DNA of 64,000 bases, from the NCBI GenBank assembly GCA_963842525.1, contig CAWJGT010000003.1, forward strand, positions 384,001 to 448,000. The letters are read 5' to 3'. Numbering within the stretch: position 1 is the stretch's first letter; each line of letters opens with the position of its first letter. Both the position numbers and the translations under genes were made by a program. The notes beneath the pieces were generated by a model that had not been told where the DNA came from, ran no database searches, and saw only the letters and a program-made list of their open reading frames with translations. Source of the stretch: an uncultured Holophagales bacterium (lineage in GTDB: Bacteria > Acidobacteriota > Thermoanaerobaculia > Multivoradales > UBA5704). Positions 33,201-43,900 of this stretch are shown piece after piece.

Positions 33201-36200
33201 CTGTGGGCGCAGGAGACCTACCCGGTCACCGCCTCGGACCGGGTGCTCCAGAAGGCGTCGTTCAGCTTCGACTTCTCGCTGTGGGAGTGCTTCGGGCCGC
33301 TGCTGGTGGGGGCCCGGGTGGTGCTGGCCCGCCCGGGGGGCCAGCGCGACAGTGCCTACCTGGTGGAGCTGATCGCCGAGCGCGGCGTGACGCTGGCGCA
33401 CTTCGTGCCGTCGATGCTGGGGGCCTTCCTGGCCGAGCCGGGCCTGGAGGAGCTGAGCAGCCTGCGCTGCGTGCTCTCGGGCGGCGAGGCGCTGACGCGG
33501 GAGCTGGAGGGCCGGTTCTTCGACCGGCTGCCCGCGACGGTGGAGCTGCGCAACCAGTACGGTCCGACCGAAGCGTCGATCAATGTGGCGCACTGGCCGT
33601 GCCGGCGCGGGGAGGCCAGCGAGGGCTGGCGTCCGGTGCCGATCGGCCGACCGCTGGCCAACTGCGCGGTCTACGTGGCGGCCGGCGGTTCGCGGCCGGC
33701 GCCGGCAGGGGTGCCCGGAGAGCTGCTGCTCGGCGGGGCCGGGTTGGCCCGGGGTTACCTGGGCCGTCCGGAGCTGACGGCGGAGCGCTTCGTGCCGGAC
33801 CCGTTCGGCTCCGCGCCGGGAGCGCGGCTGTACCGCAGCGGCGACCGCGGCCGGCTGCTGCCCGACGGCCGGCTGGAATTCCTCGGCCGGCTGGACCATC
33901 AGGTCAAGGTCCGCGGCTTCCGCATCGAGCCGGGCGAGATCGAATGGGTGCTGTCGCGGCATCCGGAGGTGCGGGAGGCGGTCGTGCTGGCGCGCGGAGC
34001 GGAGGCGGAGCGCCGGCTCGTCGGCTACGTGCTGGCGCCGCCGGATGCACAGCCGCAGCCGCAGGCGCTACGGTCCTATCTCGCCGAGCGGCTGCCCGAC
34101 CACATGGTGCCGCAGACGCTGGTGGTGCTGGAGCGCTGGCCGCTGACGCCGGGCGGCAAGCTGGACCGCGCCGCCCTGCCGGCGTCCGCCGCGCCTCGCA
34201 CGGAGATCGAGGTCCAGGAGGTGCCCAGAGCCCCGCTGGAAGAGGTGCTGGCGGGGATCTGGGCCGAGGCGCTGGACGTCCCGGCGGAGGCGATCGGCCC
34301 CGGCGACGACTTTTTCGATCTGGGCGGGCACTCGCTGCTGGCGACGCGGGTGGTGGCGCGGCTGCGCGATGTGCTGCGGATCGAGCTGCCGCTGCGCGAG
34401 CTCTTCGAGGCGCCCACCCTGGCGGCGCTGGCCGCCCGGGTGGCGCAGGCGATGGGGGCCGGCGCGCCGGCGGACGCGCCGCGGATCCGGCCGGTCGCCC
34501 GCGGCGGGGTACTCCCCTTGTCGTACGCGCAGGAAAGGCTCTGGTTCCTGCACCAGCTCGAGCCCGACAGCCCGGCCTACAACGTCCCGATCGCCGTGCG
34601 CCTGCGGGGCCGGCTCGACCGGTTCGCCCTGGCGCGGGCCCTGAGCGCGATCATCCGCCGGCACGAGAGCCTGCGCACGACCTTCGCCGGGCTCGACGCC
34701 GGGCCGGTGCAGGTGATCGGGCCTCCGGCCGCCATGGAGCTGCCCGTCGTGGACCTGGCGGGCCTGCCCGCCGCGCTGCGCGACGCAACCGCCCGGCGGA
34801 TCGCCGCCGCGGAGGCCCGCGGGCCTTTCGATCTGACGGCGGGTCCCGTGGTGCGGGCGGCCCTGCTCCGCGCGGCGGACGGCGACCACATCGCGCTCCT
34901 GACCTTCCACCACATCGCTACCGACGCCTGGTCGATGGGCGTGCTCGTCCGCGAGGTGGCGGCCTTCTACGACGCCTTCTCGCGCGGCGAGCCGGCGTCC
35001 CTGCCCGAGCTGCCGATCCAGTACGCCGACTTCGCCGTGTGGCAGCGGCAATGGCTGGAAGGAGGGGAAAAGGCGCGTCAGATCGCGTATTGGCGGCAGC
35101 GCCTGGCCGGCGCGCCCACCCTGCTGCAACTGCCGGCGGACCGCCCGCGGCCGGCCGCGCAGACCTTCCGCGGCGCCGTCGAAACGCTGGCCCTGCCGGC
35201 AGACCTGGCGCGGCGGCTCGCGGGCCTCTCGCGGCGCGCCGGCACGACTCTGTTCATGACCCTGCTGGCGGTCTTCCAGGAGCTCCTGCGCCGGTATACC
35301 GGCCAGGAGGACCTCTGTGTCGGATCGCCGATCGCGAACCGGGCGCGCGTGGAGCTCGAAGGATTGATCGGCTTCTTCGTCAATACCCTGGTGCTGCGCG
35401 CCGACCTGTCGGCGGACCCCAGCACGCTCGACCTGCTGGGCCGGGTGCGCGACATGACGTTGGAAGCCTATGCCCATCAGGACCTGCCCTTCGAGTGGCT
35501 GGTGGGCGAGCTGGGGAGTGAGCGCTCACTGAGCCACACGCCTCTCTTCCAGGTCATGCTCGCGCTCCAGAACGCGCCGGCCGAACGGTTGCGGGTCCAC
35601 GATCTCGAGCTCGCCGTTGTCGGCGTGGAGCGGGGGGTGGCGAAGTTCAACCTGGAGCTGGCGTTGAGCGCGACCGGCGACGGCATCACCGGCGCCGCCG
35701 AGTACAACCGGGACCTGTTCGACGCCACCACCATCCGGCGGCTGCTGCGGCACTTCGACACCCTGCTCCGGACGGCCGCAGCGGCGCCCGAGCGGCGGCT
35801 GTCGGAGCTGTCCCTGCTGGCGGACGAGGAGGCGCACCAGCTTGCCGTCGAATGGAACGACAGCCGCGCCGCCGACCCCGCCAGGCTCGGCTTCTCGCAG
35901 CGCTTCACTGCGCAGGCGAAGCGGGCGCCCGACGCCGCGGCGGCCGCCTGCCAGGGCACGGTCCTGAGCTACCGCGAGCTCCACCGCCGCGCCGGCGCCC
36001 TGGCCGGTTGGCTGCGGGCTCGCGACATCGGCTCCGGATCGCTGGTGGCGCTGCTCGCCGACCGCGGCCTCGATTTCCTGACCGCCGTCCTCGGCGTGCT
36101 GGAGGCGGGGGCCGCCTATCTGCCGCTCGATCCGCTGCATCCGCCGTCGCGCCTCGCCCAGGTCCTGGAGCGGAGCGGCGCCCGGGTGGTCCTGGCCGGC

Positions 36201-39200
36201 GACCCGCTGCTCGCGATTGCGTACGATGCGCTGGCCGCGATGCGCTCCGGCCGGCCGCCGGCGGTCCACGCACTCGCGCCGCTGGCGGCGCGGCGCGGCT
36301 CCGTCCGGCAGCGTTCCGTCGAGGCTGATCCGGCCGCGCTGGCCTATGTGATCTTCACCTCGGGCTCGACCGGCCTGCCCAAGGGCGCCATGATCACGCG
36401 CCAGGGGATGCTCAACCACCTCGACGCCAAGATCGGCGATCTCCAGCTCGGCAGCGGGGACGTCATCGTCCAGACCGCGTCACAGTGCTTCGACATCTCG
36501 GTCTGGCAGCTCCTCGCCGCCCTGGTCGTCGGCGGGCGGGTCGAGATCCTGCCGGACGAGGTCTCTCACCAGCCGGCACGGTTGCTGGATGCGGCCGAGG
36601 ACGCCGGCGCGACGGTCTTCGAGACGGTCCCTTCGCTCCTGCATCTCCTGCTCGAGGAGATGGAGAGCCGCGGCTCCGCGGCTCCGCGGCTCCGCGCCCT
36701 GCGCTGGCTGGTGCCCACCGGCGAGGCGTTGCCACCCGAGCTCTGCCGCCGCTGGCTCGACCGCCATCCGCGGGTGCCGCTGGTCAACGCCTATGGCCCG
36801 ACCGAGTGCTCGGACGACGTCACACATCATCGCTTGGCCGAGGCGCCGCCCGCCGGCTCCTGGCAGGTGCCGATCGGCCGGCCGGTGGCCAACACCCGCC
36901 TCTATGTGCTCGACCGCGCCTTGCGCCCTGCGCCGCTGGGAGCCGCCGGGCAGCTCCATGTCGGGGGGGCCGGGGTTGGCCGCGGCTATCTGAACGACAG
37001 CGCCCAGGCGGCAGCCGCCTTCCTGCCCGATCCGTTCTCCGAAGAGGCTGGCGCCCGCCTCTACGCCACCGGCGACCTGGCGCGCCATCAGACCGACGGC
37101 CGCCTCTGTTTCCTCGGCCGCGTCGATCATCAGGTCAAGGTCCGCGGCTTCCGGATCGAGTTGGGAGACATCGAGTCGGCGCTGCGCCGCAACCCCGCGG
37201 TGGGCGAGGCCGTGGTGTTGGCCGCCGGCCACGGCGCGGGAGCCGACCGGCTGGTCGCCTACGTGGTTCCCGCTTCGGGCGCGGTCGTCTCGCCGCAGGA
37301 GCTGCGGGCGTGGCTCGCGGAGTCGCTGCCGGATTACATGCTGCCTTCGGCCTTCATGACGCTCGCCGCCTTGCCGCTGCTGCCCAGCGGCAAGGTCGAT
37401 CGCCGGAGCCTCCCGGACGCCGCCGGCGCGACCGGCCTTGGAGCGGCACCGCGCACGGTGCCCGAGGAGCTGATCGCCGCGATCTGGAGTGAGCTGCTCG
37501 GCGTCGACCGGATCGGCGTCGACGAGAGCTTCTTCGACCTCGGAGGGCACTCGCTGCTGGCGACCCGGGTCCTCTCCCGCCTGCGCCGGGCCTTCGGGGT
37601 CGAGCTGCCTCTCCTGAGCCTGTTCAAGGCTCCGACGATCGCCGGCCTGGCCGGCGAGCTGGAGCAGGCGCTCGGCCGCCGGAGGGGCACGGCGCCGCCG
37701 CTCGTCCCACAGCCGCGGGGACGTGAGGTGCCGCTGTCGTTTGCACAGCAGCGCCTGTGGCTTCTCGACCAGCTCCAGCCGGGCGGCACGGCATACAACA
37801 TCCCCTCGGCCTTCGTCCTCGCGGGCCCGCTCGACATGGCCGCGCTGACCGCATCCCTGCGCGAGGTCGTGCGCCGTCACGAAGCCTTGCGCACGACCTT
37901 CGTGGTCCGCGACGGCGAGCCGCTCCAGAGGATCTCGGCGCCAGGGTGCTTCGAGCTGCCGCAGATCGATCTCGCCGCGATCGGCGCAGAGCGCGCGATC
38001 GCGCTGGCGCGCGAGCTGGCCGGCCGAGACGCGGTGCGGCCGTTCGACCTCGCCCGCGGACCGCTGTTCCGCGGTACCCTCGTCCGCCTCGGTCCTCGCC
38101 GTCACGCAATGCTGTTCTCCACGCACCACATCGTCAGCGATGGCGTCTCGATGGAAGTGTTGATCCAGGAAGTGACCAGCCTGTACCAGGCCTTCTCGCA
38201 GGGGCAGCCCTCGCCTCTGCCGGAGCTGCCTGTCCAGTACCCCGATTTCGCCCTCTGGCAGCGGCAGTGGCTTCAGGGAGAGGTCCTGGAGGAGCACCTC
38301 GCGTACTGGCGCGAGCGGCTGGCCGGCCTGCCGTCGGTCCTGGAGCTGCCGCTGGACCGGCCGCGCCCACCGGTCCAGTCGCATGCCGGAGCGGCCCGAC
38401 CTTTCCGCCTGGATGAAGAGCTCTCGGGCGACCTGGCCCGGATGAGCCGGCGCCAGGGGGTTACCCCGTTCATGCTCTTGCTGGCCGCCTTCGGCGTGCT
38501 GCTCGCGAAACACGCGGGCCAGGACGACGTCGCCCTCGGCACGCCGATGGCCGGGCGCGACCGGGTCGAGCTCGAAGGGCTGATCGGATTCTTCGTCAAC
38601 ACGCTGGTCTTGCGGCTCGATCTGGCGGGCGATCCCGGGTTCCCGGCGGCCTTGGTGGAGGTCCGGCGGTCCGTTCTCGACGCGCACGCGCACCGGGACC
38701 TCCCGTTCGAGCGTCTGGTCGAGGAGCTGCAGCCACAGCGCAGCCTCCAGCATGCACCGCTGTTCCAGGTGATGATGACCTTCGAGGTGGCGCCGCGGTC
38801 GCCCGAGCTGGCTGGCCTCGAGCTGCTGCCGCTGGAGATTCCCGCTGCAACATCTCCGTTCGACCTCACTCTCACGGTCATCCAGCGGGACGTCTTTGCC
38901 GGCGCCATCCGGTACAACACCGACCTTTTCGATGCGACGACGATCGCGCGCCTGGCGCGGCACCTCGAAGCGCTGCTCGCCGGGGTGCTGGAGGATCCGG
39001 CGCGCCGGCTCTCGGAGCTGCCTCTCCTCTCGCAGGCGGAGCGCCATCACCTCCTCCAGGAGTGGAACGACGCGGCGATCGCGCCGCCGCTCGCCGGCGC
39101 CGCCGGCGTGCTGATCACGCAGCAGGTGGAGCGCGCTTCCGAGGCGGTGGCCGTGGTCTCCGGCGAGCAGCACCTGAGCTACCGCGAGCTCGACCGCCTC

Positions 39201-40970
39201 GCCGGGCGGCTGGCTGGCGAGCTCGTGCGCCTCGGCGTCCGGCCGGAGGCGCGGGTGGGAGTGCTGCTCGACCGCTCGGCGGCGCTGCCGGTGGCGCTGC
39301 TCGCGGTCTGGAAGGCGGGCGGTGCCTACGTGCCGCTCGATCCCGCCTATCCGGCGGAGCGGCTCGCCTACATGCTCGCGGACTCGCAGGCCGTGGCCCT
39401 GGTCACCGAGGGAGACCTGGCGGCGGCGATTCCCGGCTGGACGAAGCCGGTCGTGCGGCTGGATGGGCGCGTGGCTGCCCTGGTCTCTCCAGATGCCGCG
39501 CCGCCGGCCGAGGTGCCGCTCGCGGCGTTGGCATATGTGATCTACACCTCCGGCTCGACCGGACGGCCGAAGGGCGTCGGCGTCAGCCACGGTGCCCTGG
39601 CCAACTTCCTCCAAGCCATGGCCGTCCGGCCGGGGCTGACCGCGGCCGACCGGCTGCTCGCCGTCACCTCGCCTTCGTTCGACATCGCCGCCCTGGAGCT
39701 CTATCTGCCCCTGCTCGCCGGCGCGCGGCTGATCGTCGCCGGACGCGAGATGGCGCTCGACGGTGAACGGCTCGCCGCCGGCTGGGAGCGGTTCGAAGCC
39801 ACGGTCCTGCAGGCCACGCCGGCGACCTGGGGCGCCCTCGTCGAGGCGGGCTGGCCCGGCGCGGTCCCGGGCCGGGCGCTGTGCGGCGGCGAGGCCATGC
39901 CGCCGCACCTGGCCTCAGCCCTGGCCGCAAGGGCGGACGCGGCCTGGAATCTCTACGGCCCGACCGAGACCGCGGTCTGGTCGGCCGCCTGGCGGCTCGA
40001 CGGCTCCGCGAGCGGGACCGTCCCGGTGGGACGGCCGATCGCCAACACCGGGATCTACGTGCTCGACGAACGCCTGCGCCCGGTGCCGCCGGGCACGTTC
40101 GGCGAGATCGCCATCGGCGGCGAGGGTGTGGCACGCGGCTATCTGGGCAGGCCGGAGCTGACCGCGGAGCTCTTCGTACCGGATTCCTTCGGCGGCCGGC
40201 CGGGAGCGCGGCTCTACCGCACGGGCGACCGCGGGCACGCGCATGCGGACGGTACCCTGGAGCTCGCGGGCCGGCGCGATCATCAGGTCAAGGTGCGGGG
40301 CTACCGCATCGAGCTCGGCGAGGTGGAGGCCGCGCTGGCGTCGCACCCGCAGGTCCGGGCGGCGGCGGTGATCGTGCGCGAGGACGATCCGGGAGACCGG
40401 CGGCTGGCGGCGTATCTTGCGCTTCGCGGCCCGGCGACCGGCCCGGACGAGCTACGGCGGTTCCTCGCCGAACGGCTGCCGCTGTTCATGATCCCCTCGG
40501 TCTTCGTCGTCCTCGCGGCTCTGCCGCGCACCCCCAACGGCAAGGTCGACCGGCGGCGGCTGCCGGCGCCCGACCGCTCGCGGCCGGAGCTGGAGCAGGC
40601 GTTCGCGGCGCCGCGCAACGAGACCGAGCGGCGCATCGCCGGCGTCTGGCAGGAGGTTCTCGGCCTGGAGCGGCTCGGGATCCACGACAGCTTTTTCGAC
40701 CTGGGCGGACAGTCGCTGCTGCTGGCCCGCGTGCATGCCCGGCTGCGGCAGCAGCCCGGCGGCGAGCAGCTCGTCCTGATCGACCTGTTCCGTCATCCCA
40801 CAGTCGCGGCGCTGGCCGAGCACATGGTCGCGGCGACCGGCGCCGCGACCGAGCACGAGCGGCCGGCCGCGGCAGTGGAGGACCAGATCGCCCGGCTGCA
40901 GGAGGGGCGGCGCCGGCAGCGGTCGGGCCGCGAGCTGCGCCAGCGTGCCGGCGGAGCCCATCATGAGTGA
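12248..40970 (+). CDS. Megasynthase 2: KS-AT-ACP plus eight C-A-PCP modules (Pro/Pip, X2, X2, Pro/Pip, Val, X2', Dab, Gly), about 9573 aa after correcting a +1 frameshift at ~29217
   Basis: KS QTACSSS/EAHGTGT/NIGHL; AT GFSLG and HAFH; ACP GGDSL. A codes: DVQFVAQVVK, DFWHFGQIDK, DFWHFGQIDK, DVQFVAQVVK, DALWLGGTFK, DFWHLGQINK, DIWEVTADDK, DILQLGLVWK. Stitched from ORFs 12248 and 29223. Confidence 0.92.
12270..15380 (+). other. PKS module 1 (KS-AT-ACP, malonyl-type, no KR/DH/ER)
   Basis: The post-AT linker [12 protein letters not shown] is followed within about 70 aa by the ACP, leaving no room for a KR. Confidence 0.85.
15430..18520 (+). repeat. Pro/Pip module, copy 1 (near-identical to 24950-28070)
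   Basis: Long identical DNA tracts in the C and A domains, e.g. those encoding [15 protein letters not shown] and [18 protein letters not shown]. Confidence 0.85.
24950..28070 (+). repeat. Pro/Pip module, copy 2 (near-identical to 15430-18520)
   Basis: Same C and A sequences; retains the [14 protein letters not shown] segment that is missing from copy 1. Confidence 0.85.
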
Positions 40971-43900
40971 GCCGTGGATGTCTGATGCGACCGGCAACGA
41001 GGTCGCGATCGTCGGCATGGCCGGCCGCTTCCCGGGGGCTCGCGACATCGAGGAGCTCTGGCGCAACCTCCGCTCCGGCGTCGAGTCGATCTCCTTCTTC
41101 ACCGACGAAGAGCTGCTGGCGGCGGGGTTGGATCCAGCGGTGCTGGCGGACCCGAGCTATGTGCGGGCGCGCGGGGTGCTGGCGGCCGTCGAGGACTTCG
41201 ACGCCCCGTTCTTCGGCTACAGCGCTCTCGAAGCCGAGGCCACAGACCCGCAGCAACGCGTCTTCCTCGAGTGCTGCTGGCAGGCCCTGGAGCAGGCGGG
41301 CTACGACAGCGAGCGATACCGCCGGCCCGTGGGCGTCTTCGCCGGCGTGGGGGCGAACGCCTACGGCTACCACGTCCTCGCGAACCGCGCACTGGCCGGC
41401 GCCATCGGCGAGTTCCAGGTGGTGCTGGGGAACGACAAGGACTACCTGGCAAGCCGGGTCTCCTACAAGCTCGACCTCACCGGACCGAGCCTCGTGGTCC
41501 AGACCGCCTGCTCGACCTCTCTGGTGGCGGTGCACCTCGCCTGCCAGGCGCTGCTCGCCGGCGAATGCGACCTGGCGCTGGCCGGCGGTGTCGCCATCAA
41601 GCTGCCGCAGACGAACGGGTATGTCTACCGCGAGGGCGGGATCAACTCTCCCGACGGGCACTGCCGCGCATTCGACGCTGGAGCGCAAGGCACGATCAGT
41701 GGCGCCGGCGTGGGGGTCGTCGTTCTCAAGCGGCTCGCTGACGCGCTGGCCGAAGGGGATCACCTCCTCGCGGTGATCCGGGGCTCGGCCGTCAACAACG
41801 ACGGCGCTCACAAGATCGGCTACACGGCGCCCAGCATCGAGGGCCAGGCCAAGGTCATCCGCATGGCTCAGGCCGTGGCCGGTGTCGATCCCGCCACGAT
41901 CACCTATGTGGAAGCCCATGGCACCGCGACCCCGTTGGGAGACCCCATCGAGTTCGCTGCCCTGACCGAGGCCTTCCGCGCCGCCGGTGGTACGGCGACA
42001 GGCTTCTGCGCGATCGGCTCGGCCAAGACCAATTTCGGGCACCTCGATGCCGCGGCCGGCGTTGCCGGCCTGATCAAGACCGTGCTGGCGCTCCATCACA
42101 AAGAGATCCCGCCGAGCCTACACTTCGAAGCGCCGAACCCCGCGATCGCCTTTGCCGAGAGCCCTTTCTACGTCAACACCACCCTCGCCCGCTGGCCCGC
42201 CACCGGATCGCCGAGGCGCGCCGGCGTCAGCTCTTTCGGCATCGGCGGCACCAACGCCCATGTGGTGCTGGAGGAGGCGCCCCCGGCGCCGGTGCCCACC
42301 CCCTCGCGGCGCCATCAGCTGCTGGTGCTCTCGGCCCGGACAGCCCCGGCGCTGGAGCACCTCACCGCGCACTTGGCCGATCAACTGGAGAGCCAAACGG
42401 ACGCGAGCCTGCCGGATGTGGCGTTCACCCTGCAGACCGGTCGCCGGCGGTTCCCGCACCGGCGCTTCGCGCTCGCCGAGGACGCGAGCGGCGCCGTCGC
42501 CGCCCTGCGCACGCAGGACCCGGCCCGGGTCGGGAGCCGGATGAGCGGCGCGTCCTCCCGCCCCGTCGTCTTCCTCTTCCCCGGACAGGGGAGCCAGCAC
42601 GTCGGCATGGGCCGTGCCCTCTACGCGAGCGAGCCGACCTTCCGCGCTGGGATCGACCGTTGCGCGGAGCTGCTCGCTCCGGTGCTGGACGTCGACCTGC
42701 GGGACATCCTCTATCCGCCGGCGGGAAGGACTGCGGACGCCGAGGCCCGCCTGCGGCGGAGCGAGCTCGCGCAGCCTGCGCTCTTCGCCGTGGAGCACTC
42801 GCTGGCCCAACTGTGGATGGAGTGGGGGATCCGTCCGGCAGCGATGGTGGGGCACAGCGTGGGCGAGCTGGTGGCGGCCTGCTTGGCTGATGTCTTCTCG
42901 CTGGAGGATGCGCTCCGCCTGACGGCGTTGCGCGGCCGCCTGATGCAGCGCCAGCCGCCGGGGGTCATGCTGGCTGTGCCGCTGGCCGAAGAGGAGCTCC
43001 GCCGGCGTCTGCGGTTGGGAGAGGATCTGGCGCTCGCGGCCGTCAACGGACCGGCCCTCTGTGTGATCTCCGGCGCGGCGGAGGCGATCGGTGCCGCGGA
43101 GGCCGAGCTCGCCGCCGGCGGGGTCGCCTGCCGGCATCTCCACACCTCCCACGCTTTCCACTCGGCCATGATGGAGCCGGCGATGCGGCCGTTCGTGGAT
43201 GCGATCGCGGCAGAGCGGCTCGCGGCGTCCCGGATACCCTTTGCCTCCAACGTCACCGGCCGGCTGATGGCAGACGAGGACGCGACCAGCCCGGCCTACT
43301 GGGGACGGCACCTGCGGGAGACCGTCCGTTTCGGGGACTGCCTGGATGCGGTGCTGGAGGAGCCCGACCGGATCCTCCTCGAGGTCGGGCCGGGCAACGC
43401 TCTGAGCACCATCGCCCGGCAGCATCCGCGGGCCGCGCAGGGAGCGATCGCGATCTCGTCCCTGCGTCGCCCGCGCGAGCAGGAAGACGACTCCGCGCTG
43501 CTGCTCACCGCCGTCGGCCGGCTCTGGCTCGCCGGGGCCGCCGTGGATTGGGACGGCTTCTATCGCTGCGAGCAGCGGCAGCGCGTGCCGTTGCCCACCT
43601 ATCCGTTCGAGCGCCGACGCTACTGCGTGGATCTGCGGCCGGCCGCGGTGTTACGCACCGAGCCGTCACCGCAGCGCGAGGACGGAGCCGTATCCGCGGT
43701 CGAGCCCACGCCGCCGGCCGGGCATGCGAGGCCCGATCTGGAAACCGCCTACGTACCGCCGGGCGGCCCGGAGGAACGGCAGGTCGCCGAGGTCTGGGAA
43801 GGCCTGCTCGGCATTGCGCCGGTAGGCGCCCATGACGACTTTTTCGAGCTGGGCGGGCATTCGCTGCTCGCCATGCAGCTCGTCGCGCGGCTGCGTGAGG

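Noticed and set aside
29220-35521. C-terminal ~2100 aa of the 7757-aa ORF
   Set aside because: Arg/Gly/Ala/Pro-rich off-frame read-through after the frameshift at ~29217. The real protein continues in ORF 29223-40970.
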